DNA of 63,992 nucleotides from Octopus bimaculoides (Eukaryota), in NCBI RefSeq assembly GCF_001194135.2, contig NC_068984.1, positions 108,740,516 to 108,804,507 on the forward strand, given 5' to 3'. Positions within the stretch are counted from its first letter, which is position 1. Each line of letters begins with the position of its first letter. The position numbers and the translations under genes were made by a program. The notes beneath the pieces are model-generated. The model saw only the letters and a program-made list of their open reading frames with translations, searched no databases and was not told where the DNA came from. Below are positions 14,023-25,940 of this stretch, in pieces.

Positions 14023-14707
14023 AAGAGAGAGAGAGAGAACATGTGAGAGGCGTGAGAGAGAGATGGAGAGAGAGAGAGAGAGAGAAATTAATAGAAATGA
14101 TATAGAGTATGAGATACTGAAAGGGAAGGAGGAAGTGAAGCAGAGATAGAGAAAAATGGAGGAGAGAGAGAGAGACAAAGAGCAAGAGTAAGTGAGAAGT
14201 GTGCGTGTGTGTGTGTGGAGAAAGAGAGGGAATGAGAGAGAGAGAGAGAGAAAAAGAGAGAGAGACAGAGGGAGTCTGAGACAGTAGGTGCGTATGAGAG
14301 GTGGGAGAGAGATACAGTCGGTGAGAGAAGAGAGAGAGAGACTGAGAGAGAAATGTAAAGAATGAAATAAAGAGAGTGATATACTGAGATGAGTGGAAAG
14401 ATGAAGGAGAGAGAGAGAAAGAGAGAAGAGAGAGAAGAGAGAGAGAGAAGAGAGAGAGAAAGAAGAGAGAGATAGAGAAGAGAGATAGAGAGAACGTATG
14501 AGAGTTGTGAGAGAGCGAGAGCGTATGAGAGTTGTGAGAGAGAGAGAGTTAGTGAGAGGAAGTGAGAGAGAAAGTGAAAGAGAGATGGTTGGAATAAAAT
14601 GGAGATATTAAAGGAGTGAAAAGGAGAGAGAAAGAGAGACAGATGGAGAGATTTTTCAGAAAGAGACATGAAGAAAGAAGAGGAAAATAATGCGAAAGAG
14701 TGAAGGA

Positions 14708-14740
<33 letters not shown>

Positions 14741-14870
14741 AAGTGACAGAGAGGAAGAGAGAGAAAGTGACAGAGAGGAAGAGAGAGAGAAAGTGACAGA
14801 GAGGAAGAGAGAGAGAAAGTGACAGAGAGGAAGAGAGAGACAGTGACGGAGAGGAAGAGAGAGAAAGAAA
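13440..14870. repeat. About 1.4-kb purine-rich (GA)-derived tract containing a 24-26-bp minisatellite x5 (about 14735-14866)
   Basis: The unit core agtgac(a/g)gagaggaag recurs in units starting near 14741, 14765, 14791, 14817 and 14841. Confidence 0.9.
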
Positions 14871-14891
14871 GTGTATGTGTATATTGGCATG

Positions 14892-14922
<31 letters not shown>

Positions 14923-15177
14923 ATGCGCGCGCACAAGTGTGTGATAAAGGGAGATAAAGAGAAATGGAATAAGAAAAATAGCAAAAAAAAAGAAAAACCC
15001 CAAAAAGCAGAGAGGAACAAATGACAAGAGACAGGAAGGGGAAGGACAATGTTCTGTTTGCATACGTATGTTTCAGTCTAAAAAAAAATAGATGTATACA
15101 TAGATTATATCTATGAGTATATATATATGTACGTATATATATATATATGTATATATATATGTATGTATATATATATA

Positions 15178-15248
<71 letters not shown>

Positions 15249-15354
15249 CAAGCAGAATGCAATATTGCAAGCAGAATGCCATTGTTTTGTTTTTTGGCCG
15301 TTTTTGTATGCATGTATAGTTGAAGTCTTTTAAGGGTGTCACATCTTCGTGAAG

Positions 15355-15400
<46 letters not shown>

Positions 15401-15606
15401 GAGAGGGAGAGAAATAGAGAGATAGAGAGAGATAGAAGAGAAGAGAAAGAGTGATGGGTGCTTTTGCTTTGCGATATGTTGGTAGAAGTTGAAGCCGTTT
15501 GATAACAAAGACAGAAGAGAGCTTTATGTCTTGCGTTCCCGAGTATATTGACTTTGTAAGAATATCCTTATGTATGTATGTATGTATGTATGTATGTATG
15601 TATGTA

Positions 15607-15637
<31 letters not shown>

Positions 15638-15815
15638 GTGTATATGTATGTGTATGTATGTATGTATGTGTGTGTGTATGTATGTGTGTGTGTTTGTACG
15701 TTTGTATGTATGTATATATGCATGTTTATATGTATATATATATATATGTATTTGTATATGTACATGTTTGTTTTCTTCAATTTTTATTTGTTTGCAATAT
15801 GTATGTGTGTATCTA

Positions 15816-15853
<38 letters not shown>

Positions 15854-15903
15854 CGTTTGTATATATGTACGCATGTACGTATATATATATATATATGTAC
15901 GCA

Positions 15904-15947
<44 letters not shown>

Positions 15948-15950
15948 AGG

Positions 15951-16130
15951 AGACCCCCTTCGGTCATAAATGACCATGGGATTGCACCTAGAAAGTTACC
16001 CCCCGAGGCACAAGTCCGGGCAAGGTTGTTTATGGAAGTCAGCCTCATCGGAATTTGGACTCAGAACGTTAAGAGATGGAAGAAATGCCGCTAAGCATTT
16101 TGTTCGATGCGTTAACAATCCTGCCATCAC
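15951..16130 (-). mobile_element. Chimeric SINE: family A head joined to family D tail
   Basis: 16043-16130 matches the A head (reverse complement); 15951-16043 matches the D 3' end at about 54230-54323. Confidence 0.8.
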
Positions 16131-17204
16131 GTTGGCTTTTCATATATATAACTGCTAAATAATTGTTTAGTGTCTTTCGTAGACAAGAGACGTTCAGTCA
16201 CATTTATGAAAGATTGAATATATCATGAGTGACATCTTTCGTAGTTTCTCCTGCTCTTGGTTTGGGTTTACAAAAGTATATCTTTCGAAGTGTGTGGTAT
16301 TGTAATGGTTACGATTCCAAGATTTTATACTTCCTGTCGAAACTGGACGTCATTCTTAAGTTTGTAGGAAATATACTAATGTGTCCCCTTTTATTGTTAT
16401 AGAAAATGCTTCTCTTTGGAGACATAGCTGAGGTAAATCTATCCAGGAGTTCCGGATGGCATTAAACAGCTTCTGGAACTTAAGTGAGTCTTTAAGGGTT
16501 TGCTCTCGACTCATAAGACCTTCATTTTTAAGTATTTAACTCATGGATTTCGTTTTGTTGCTTCTGATTAACACGAGCCCTCTGAATGATGCCGTAAAAC
16601 ATTCAAAAATTGCTTGAATTGATTTAAACCTTCTTTTCCACCTTTTCTTTTAACATAGTGCCTCGCAAATTACCGAAGGAATATTTATGAGAAATAAATG
16701 AAGAGTAAAATATGTGAAGGGGAATCGAACCTCTATCGAAGATTCGATTTGCCGATAGTTTACCACTATTCTATCGCCTTCATATGATGTTAGTGGTATC
16801 GATTGTTTAACAACAACGCACTTTCTTGTTACAGTTATCGAGAACCTTAAAACACATATCAACCTGTTTATCTTTATCTGAAGATATTGTACGTTTTTAT
16901 TACAAGTATGTTGCATAAGGTGGCGAGCTGGCGATTCTGCCATCTCATCGCTTTAGATAGTCATAATATTAAATGTGAAATATTTATTTGGTGAATACTA
17001 GTTATAGTATCGATATTTGGGCGGAAATTAGTGAGTTTTAGTCTTTAAATTACTTAAGTTCTTCCAGATTCTGTTTGCTAATAACCCAGCACCCTTTAAA
17101 GTCATTTAAACTTTCAATGGTCCAATACTAACCATTTTGCCGATCCCCTACTTTTAAAGTATACTTTATTTAAAAACCCAAATCTTACTATTGTATTGAT
17201 GCAG

Positions 17205-17320
17205 CATTATCTTATCCAATGTATCTCTCCTATTTTAAAACTGCAAGATGTAATTTGAGAGACATTTGATATTTGGCTGCTATTTTTAGCATCTTAAATC
17301 ACCACATAGGAACTTCCTAA
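17205..17320. repeat. Diverged interspersed repeat (family K), with a second copy inverted at about 30695-30865
   Basis: tttggctgctatttttagc here versus reverse complement tttggtttctatttcaagc at about 30705-30727, with loosely similar flanks. Confidence 0.4.
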
Positions 17321-17369
17321 TTTTACAGCTATTTAGTACATTCCATAGATTATAGATGGATTATATTAT

Positions 17370-17643
17370 GGTGTAGTGGTTAAGAGCGTGGGCTACTAAC
17401 CCCAAGATTCCGAGTTAGATTCTAGGCAGTGACTTGAATAATAATAATAATAATAACAACAACATCGAAAAATACATTAGGAATGAGAACCCAGGTTCAA
17501 AATTTCCCCAAGACACCCGATGAAGGCTGGAGGGTATATCAGCCGAAACGTTGTGTTAACAACAAACAAGATGAGGACAAATATCCGTCAATTGTAAATA
17601 ATGTAAATAATGTACATAATTCCTCATCTCTTAAATATAGAAC
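17370..17643 (+). mobile_element. Family E: tRNA-headed SINE-like element carrying a hammerhead ribozyme; 13-bp flanking direct repeat
   Basis: A-box TGGTGTAGTGG 17369-17379, B-box-like GTTAGATTC 17414-17422, (AAT)n spacer, HHR 17512-17557 and a 3' hairpin. TGGATTATATTAT occurs at 17357-17369 and 17644-17656. Confidence 0.85.
17512..17557 (+). ncRNA. Minimal type I hammerhead ribozyme-like motif (U4C in this copy)
   Basis: GACAC-CCGATGA-A-GGCTG[gagggtatat]CAGCC-GAAA-CG-TT^-GTGTT: stem I GACAC/GTGTT, 5-bp stem II, palindromic ACGT stem III. Confidence 0.75.
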
Positions 17644-18013
17644 TGGATTATATTATTCTTTAATAGTTTTCTTACGATGGAAAAAATCTCACACAAGAAT
17701 TACAAGCAGAATTATTTTGAGAACGATTAAAGAAGACCCCCTCTCCACAAAACAAAATAAAACAAATAATATATTTTTTCTCAGTCTTTCAATTGAAGAG
17801 ACATTTGTCTAGTTCCAATAGCCTCTCTGTCACATATTTTGGTTATTGATTTAACTCAAAACTTCAAAACAAATTTTCTGTTTCAGGATCTAGAACTGAG
17901 TATCCCCTACTAGCTTGACATATCAAGATCCCTAATTCCACTATGCATGCATGTATGTATGTATGTATGTACGTATGTATGTATGTATGTATGTATGTAT
18001 GTATGTATGTATA

Positions 18014-18867
18014 TCAATCAGTTTCATTTCTGTATTTCTTGTCCATAGAGAAAGAGCCGGACTCTAACATAGATTCAAGGCTCCTTCATTGGAACTTTTA
18101 TCAACATCATCTAGGTATTTGTGCATATGTGTGTGTGTGCAGTATTTGGTGTTAGTGTATGCGCAGATTTGTATGTTTGTTTTATGGATGCGTTTTTATG
18201 TCTAGATGCATGCATATGTATTTATGTGTTAAATTTTTGGAAAGTTTTACNNNNNNNNNNNNNNNNNNNNNNNNNNNNNNNNNNNNNNNNNNNNNNNNNN
18301 NNNNNNNNNNNNNNNNNNNNNNNNNNNNNNNNNNNNNNNNNNNNNNNNNNNNNNNNNNNNNNNNNNNNNNNNNNNNNNNNNNNNNNNNNNNNNNNNNNNN
18401 NNNNNNNNNNNNNNNNNNNNNNNNNNNNNNNNNNNNNNNNNNNNNNNNNNNNNNNNNNNNNNNNNNNNNNNNNNNNNNNNNNNNNNNNNNNNNNNNNNNN
18501 NNNNNNNNNNNNNNNNNNNNNNNNNNNNNNNNNNNNNNNNNNNNNNNNNNNNNNNNNNNNNNNNNNNNNNNNNNNNNNNNNNNNNNNNNNNNNNNNNNNN
18601 NNNNNNNNNNNNNNNNNNNNNNNNNNNNNNNNNNNNNNNNNNNNNNNNNNNNNNNNNNNNNNNNNNNNNNNNNNNNNNNNNNNNGTACAGTGTCTTGGCC
18701 ACAACATCATGTCTCATAGGTAGGTAATACCGTGATGACATTTTTGGACAGCTGCTAATGATGTGGGTGATATCTTCGATACTGATTCCACAGAGTCTGC
18801 ATCGATTATTACATTGTGGCGCTTTGCCCGCCTCTCTGTCTCGTTTGTTTATTAGGAATTTGGTTGC
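18014..18867 (-). mobile_element. R4/Dong-like RLE LINE 3' part (second copy), flanked by (CATA)n
   Basis: CRLCGISIEDITHIISSC (CX2CX8HX4C knuckle) followed by RHDVVAK; after the gap ...KTFQKF and a 3' UTR homologous to about 1360-1614. (TATG)n at 17943-18012 and 18868-18925. Confidence 0.85.
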
Positions 18868-19189
18868 TATGTATGTATGTATGTATGTATGTATGTATGT
18901 ATGTATGTATGTATGTATGTATGCATGTTTGTATGTATTCATGAAAGTATGTAAGCATCTATGTATGATTGTATGTATGTGTGTGTGCGTGTGTGCGTGC
19001 GTACGTGTGTGTGTGCGTACGTGTGTGTGTTTGTGTGTCTGTGTGTATGCGTGCTTGTGACTGTACATATGTACAGTCACAAACACACGCACACACACAC
19101 ACACACACACACGCACACACACAGATGCATACAAACACACATAAATTTATGCACAAATATTCGCACACACATATCACACGTAGATACCC

Positions 19190-19258
<69 letters not shown>

Positions 19259-19261
19259 CCC

Positions 19262-19342
<81 letters not shown>

Positions 19343-19355
19343 GCTATCTATCTAT
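19190..19355. repeat. (CTAT)n microsatellite
   Basis: Read directly from sequence. Confidence 0.95.
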
Positions 19356-19573
19356 CACACCTGTAGATTGATATAAGCCCGCATATGTATGTTTGTCTGA
19401 ATATACGTATATACATACAAACATACATACATACATACATACATACATACACACACACATACATATATAAATACATGTATGTATATAGGTATATGATAGG
19501 ATTGCTTAAACATTCAAGGGGTAGTCTGAAGTATATATACATGTATGTATATATATATATATATGTCTGTATG

Positions 19574-19617
<44 letters not shown>

Positions 19618-19728
19618 TATAGATACCTGTTCACATATATCTATGAATGTGTGTATATATATACACACATATACATATTTATATACATACATACACACAC
19701 GCACACACACACACATATATATACATAT

Positions 19729-19806
<78 letters not shown>

Positions 19807-20101
19807 GGGAATGTGTTCATAAGTACACGCATATATAGACATATGCACACGCGCACGCATATAGGTAATATATAATGATGCATAATGATATGAGTATATA
19901 AGTATACACATAATTGAATATTCACTTAATACACTGGAATGTATACATTAGGCACACATGACATACATAATTGTATATGTACGTGTATATATTTGTCTGT
20001 GTATGTGTGTATATGTATATGAATGCATATACATATATATATATATATATACGTGTGTGTGTATGAATATATATATATGATTTATATATATATACATATA
20101 C

Positions 20102-20139
<38 letters not shown>

Positions 20140-20680
20140 TCATACACACACACACACATATATATATATATNNNNNNNNNNNNNNNNNNNNNNNNNNNNN
20201 NNNNNNNNNNNNNNNNNNNNNNNNNNNNNNNNNNNNNNNNNNNNNNNNNNNNNNNNNNNNNNNNNNNNNNNNNNNNNNNNNNNNNNNNNNNNNNNNNNNN
20301 NNNNNNNNNNNNNNNNNNNNNNNNNNNNNNNNNNNNNNNNNNNNNNNNNNNNNNNNNNNNNNNNNNNNNNNNNNNNNNNNNNNNNNNNNNNNNNNNNNNN
20401 NNNNNNNNNNNNNNNNNNNNNNNNNNNNNNNNNNNNNNNNNNNNNNNNNNNNNNNNNNNNNNNNNNNNNNNNNNNNNNNNNNNNNNNNNNNNNNNNNNNN
20501 NNNNNNNNNNNNNNNNNNNNNNNNNNNNNNNNNNNNNNNNNNNNNNNNNNNNNNNNNNNNNNNNNNNNNNNNNNNNNNNNNNNNNNNNNNNNNNNNNNNN
20601 NNNNNNNNNNNNNNNNNNNNNNNNNNNNNNNNNNNNNNNNNNNNNNNNNNNNNNNNNNNNNNNNNNNNNNNNNNNNNNNN

Positions 20681-20724
<44 letters not shown>

Positions 20725-22073
20725 ATACACATACATACATACATCCATACATGTGGGTATGTATATATGTATGTATGTATTATGTCTTAAATGACGGACA
20801 CACATATACATCATGAATATGAAAGCAAACCACGACATCGTATCATGGGGAGGCCGGCCGACCGCCTAGCTGTGCTGCAATACAAAGCGAAAAAGTGATC
20901 GCTGAAGGGCGAAGTCGGTAACGTTGTTCAGTGTGAAAAGATAATGTCGGAGGAAATAAAGTATCAGAAGTGTTACAATTCCGTTCTCTGTCTGTGGTAT
21001 TTGATAAAAATTTTTGGCATCGGTGGGTGCGTGGCGGCTTGTTTAAACTTACTACAGAAGCCAGCTTATTGTAAAGAACTACGTTTTCAATATCGATAGA
21101 GTTGGTCGCCCAAACGGGACCGACATCCATCGCGCGCTTTTATACAATAACCACTGATTTCTGTTCTTCTTTTGCCATTTGAAAGGAAATGTAACCGGTA
21201 CTAAACTTCAATGGACAGGTATTTATCTAAAGCTGCCGAACCATCAAAATAGTGACTTTTCGGTTGTATTGTAATCCCCTCCACACACGAACGTCCACGA
21301 CACACATATCTATTGAATTTTATACTCTTGCAATTTCACAGTTCGTTCCGTGTGACTAGAGATATTAAATAATAAAAGAAAGGGCGAAAAAAACATGGCG
21401 GCGGTGTTGTTGAAGTATGAGGTGCTTGTGTTCTGTTAAGTCGGTGAGTGGGCGAGATGGCGAAAGGGAGAGGGAATGGGTGTTAAAGGGCACAAACAAA
21501 TGAACAAACAAACGTACGAACGATCGAACGAACGAACGATCGAACAATTTGGCGATATGTATATATACATCTTCTAAAACAAACTTTCATAACATTTGTT
21601 GACGAGTTGGCTCAAAAATAAACTCAACCATCCATCCATCCATCCATCCACCATCCATCTAGCCAGCCAGGCAGCCAGTCAGCCAGTCAGCCAGCTACTG
21701 TTAGCCAGTTAGCTTGCTTTGCTAGGCTAGGCTAGGCTAGGTTAGGCTAGGCTTGCTAATTTGATGTGCTGAAAAACATCAAACGTCTAATCTTTGTCAT
21801 TGGGTGTTAACGCGAACCATGCGTGGTAGAAGAATTTCCTCTGATAAACGAAAACAGCGCAAACTGAACATTGTAAGTCGGATTGGCTGGTTGAATTATT
21901 ACATGGACGAAAAAGTTCGTTCATTTACTTATTTATTTTGTATTGTCTTTTATCGTTTGCTGTTGTTGTTAGTCGACTAGTTTTGTCTTGCAGAGAACCA
22001 TAGTGAATGACCGTTATTCAACGGGTGTCCTTCTCTGAAAACTCAACGACTCACAAAGCCACCGAGAACCTAG

Positions 22074-22106
<33 letters not shown>

Positions 22107-22542
22107 GCTATTTTTGGGAAAGGGTCCTATAGCTGTTGCATGTTTTTTTGTTTGTTTCTATTGTTCTGTCTTTATTTCTGTACATGCGTGTGGTTGTATG
22201 GTGGGAAGAGGGGGGATGCGTTTGTCTGTTGATGTTCATACAACCGTATTTTGTTTAGCAATTGTTAACTGTGAGAAAACATAAAGAAGGAAAAAAGATA
22301 AAGATAGAAATAAAGAAGAGAAAAAAGTGAAGGGCAACGAAGAACAGACATAAGACATAAATAAATAAATAAATGAAGGAATAAATAGATAAATAAATAA
22401 GTAAGAAAAAATGATGGTGGAAGAGCTGGAGGAGAAGAGATGGTGTTGAAGAGTTATGTACGACATAAATAAAATTTGAAAAAATGTAATAAAGAGTATG
22501 TTTTAAGCTGTACCCCACTATAAAATGTTGTGGTAAATAAAG

Positions 22543-22618
<76 letters not shown>

Positions 22619-22786
22619 GTGAATGAAACAGAGAGAGTAGAGACAAAAAGTGCAATGAAATGTGAGAATAATAAAATGAGAGAATGGAATAGATTGATTG
22701 ACAGAGAGATAGAGTAAAATAATTGAGGGGACGAATAATAAAGCAAAGGAAGAAAAGGACAAACAGAAGAGAAGGAACGAGAGATG

Positions 22787-22834
<48 letters not shown>

Positions 22835-23093
22835 CAGAGAGACAGAGAGAGATATATATATAGAGAGATATAATTAGACAGATAGAGCAAAATAATTAAG
22901 AGAGAGAACGACACTGAAAGAGGGAGAGAAATGGAAATAAAGATAAGAGAGAAATAGAGAATAAGAAAAGCGAAAGGAGAGAAATTGTTTCCTTTAGGCA
23001 GGGATAACATCCCCAAGAGGAATAAACAGTCCCGAAAAGCATTGTCCATTTCTCTTCCAACTTAACTACATGCCATTTAACAAACCTCCTTTC

Positions 23094-23135
<42 letters not shown>

Positions 23136-23204
23136 GTCTGTCTATTGCCTGCCTGCCTGCCCGTCTGTTTATTAATCAAACTATTTATCTAGCAACTCTG
23201 ACCA

Positions 23205-23326
<122 letters not shown>

Positions 23327-23488
23327 CGTAAGTATATGGGTACAAATGTGTGCATTAAGACTCATACACATACACACACGTATACACTCAACGACGTATA
23401 CATGCTGTTGTATATTGGTGGTGGTGGGGGGTTCATTTTGCCAATAAAAAACACACCCACTGATGTTATTTCATTTCCTCCTCCTCCT

Positions 23489-23559
<71 letters not shown>

Positions 23560-23589
23560 TCTTCTTCTTCTTATTATTATTATTATTCA

Positions 23590-23801
23590 GGCGGCGATAT
23601 GGCAGAAACGTTAGCACGCCGGGCGAAATGCTTAGTGGTATTTCGTCTGTCTTTACGTTCTGAGTTCAAATTCCGCCGAGGAAGACCTTGCCTTTCATCC
23701 TTCCTGGGTCGATAAATTAAGTACCAGTTGCGTACTGGGGTCGATCTAATCGGCTGGGCCTCTCACCCAAACTTTCGGGCCTTGTGCCTAGAGTAGAAAA
23801 G
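23590..23801 (+). mobile_element. SINE family A, full length (array unit 1)
   Basis: A-box-like TGGCAGAAACG 23600-23610, B-box GAGTTCAAATTCC 23662-23674, central gcctttcatcc...gtcgataaattaagtaccag domain (recalled as Meta/MESC-like), (ATT)n tail. Confidence 0.9.
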
Positions 23802-23843
<42 letters not shown>

Positions 23844-23848
23844 TGTAT

Positions 23849-24057
23849 GGCGGTGAGCTGCCAGAATGGTTAGCATGCTGGGAGAAATGCTTAGTGACAT
23901 TTCGTCCGTCTTTACGTTCTGAGTTCAAATTCCGCCGAGGTCGACTTCGCTTTTATACTTTCGGGGTCAATAAACAAGTACCAGTGAAACACTGGCGTTG
24001 ATACAATCAACTATCTCCCTCCCCTAAATTTCAGGCCTTGTGCTTACAGTAGAAAGG
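23849..24057 (+). mobile_element. SINE family A, full length (array unit 2)
   Basis: Colinear with unit 1; (ATT)n on both sides. Confidence 0.9.
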
Positions 24058-24070
24058 ATTATTATTATTA

Positions 24071-24222
24071 CTGAGCTGGCAAAATCGTTGGCACTTACGT
24101 TCTGAGTTCATCCTTTCATCCTTTCGTGGTCGATAAATTAAGTACCACTGAAACACTGGGGTCGATGAGATCGACAAGTCTCCACCACCGAAATTTCAGG
24201 CCTTGTGCCTATAGTAGAAAGG
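24071..24222 (+). mobile_element. SINE family A, internally deleted (array unit 3)
   Basis: Head, central domain and tail present with two internal deletions; (ATT)n tail. Confidence 0.85.
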
Positions 24223-24226
24223 ATTA

Positions 24227-24284
<58 letters not shown>

Positions 24285-24474
24285 CGAGCTGGCAGAATTG
24301 ATAGCACGCCGGACAATGTCCGTCTTTACGTTGTGAGTTCAAATTTCGTTGAAGCCGACTTTACCTTTCATCCTTTTAATGTCGATAAAATAAGTACCAG
24401 TGAAACACTGGGGGTCGATGTAATCGACATATCCTCTCCCCTAGGATTGGTGCCCTTGTGGCAAAATTTGAAAC
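24285..24474 (+). mobile_element. SINE family A (array unit 4)
   Basis: cgagctggcagaattgatagcacgccgg...gagttcaaattt...gtcgataaaataagtaccagt; different tail. Confidence 0.85.
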
Positions 24475-24496
24475 AATTATTATTATTAGTCAACCA

Positions 24497-24744
24497 AAGA
24501 TGGCGGATTCGTAGTATCATAATGGTGTCGTAAAAAGAAAGAAAGAAAAAAAAAAGAAACAGAATGTCTTGCGGTATTTTCTATTGCTCTTTACGTACTG
24601 AGTTCAAATTCAGCGGAAATCAAATTTCATTCATTTCATTCCTCCGGTGTCGATAAAATAACATACTATTTTAGTACTGGAATTGATGCTATCGACTAAT
24701 AAATACCCTCAAAAATGGTTGGTATTGTGCCCGAATCGAAAACA
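24497..24744 (+). mobile_element. Diverged SINE family A (array unit 5)
   Basis: ctttacgtactgagttcaaattc...gtcgataaaata retained; interrupted by an A-rich tract. Confidence 0.7.
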
Positions 24745-24779
24745 ATTATTAATTAGCTAAAGGGTGGTGTATTCGCTGT

Positions 24780-25123
24780 GGAGACGCAATGGCCCAGTGA
24801 TTAGGGCAGCGGACTCGCGGTCATAGGATCGCGGTTTCGATTCCCAGACCGGGCGTTGTCAGTGTTTATTGAGCGAAAACACACCTAAAGCTCCACGAGG
24901 CTCCAACAAGGGATGGTGGCGAACCCTGCTGTACTCTTTCACCGAAGCTTTCTTTTACTTCCTGTTTCTGTTGTGCCTGTAATTCAAAAGGTCAGCCTTG
25001 TCACACTGTGTCACGCTGAATATCCCCGAAAATTTGCACGTTAATTTCACGAGCAGGCTGTTCCGCTGATCGGATCAACTGGAACCCTCGACGTCGTAAG
25101 CGACGGAGTGCCAACAAACAACA
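24780..25123 (+). mobile_element. SINE family C inserted into the head of A unit 6
   Basis: tRNA-like head plus C body with an internal deletion; TSD-like gtgtattcgctgt (24767-24779) / gtggattcgcagt (25124-25136). Confidence 0.85.
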
Positions 25124-25335
25124 GTGGATTCGCAGTATTGTTTGAGTAACGGAAAAACTACCTTACGGTGTTTCGTCTTTCTCTTTATGTTCTGAGTTCA
25201 AATCGCGCCAAGGTTAATTCTGTTTTTTTTTTCTCTTCACGGTCGATAAAATAGAGTACTTGAAAATGGTGGTATCGACTAACTCCTCCCCTCATAATTA
25301 TTCGCTTTGTACCTAAATCAGAAACTATTGTTATT
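25124..25335 (+). mobile_element. Diverged SINE family A (array unit 6)
   Basis: ctttatgttctgagttcaaatcgcgccaagg...ggtcgataaaatagagtac. Confidence 0.7.
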
Positions 25336-25802
25336 AGCCATGTAGTTAACTAATTAACCAATAATTAATCGATTGCTTGGCTAATCGTTTGATCAATTAA
25401 TCAATCAATTGATCAATCAGTTAGTTTGTTTGCCAGATTCCTTTCATTGTGATTCGCGACCTCGTCAATGATTTGCTCTTGTTGGTTCTCGTCTGTCACG
25501 TAGTATGGGCAAAAAATGACCTTCCCAAGATACAACATTAAGTTCAGCACACGATTTTACGCCATGAATCTTACGAAAAAAATACAGCAACCACGCAAGC
25601 ACTCACACGCAATCACACAAACATACACACACACATTTGGTGGAGTTTCGCATAGTTTGTGTCTCCCAAATTCCATTCGTACGATATTGGTGATTCTAAA
25701 GCGATAGAAGAAGGCACATGCACAAGTTGCCACGTATTGGAGTCATACCGGACATCACATGGCTGTGAAACTAACTTCTTAACACATGCATCTATGGCAT
25801 CT

Positions 25803-25860
<58 letters not shown>

Positions 25861-25909
25861 AATTATACGTATATGTATATATGTGTATATATATGTGTGT
25901 ATATATATA

Positions 25910-25940
<31 letters not shown>

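Noticed and set aside
23590-25335. CRISPR-like repeat/spacer appearance
   Set aside because: Units are ~200-nt SINEs with microsatellite spacers in eukaryotic DNA; no cas genes.
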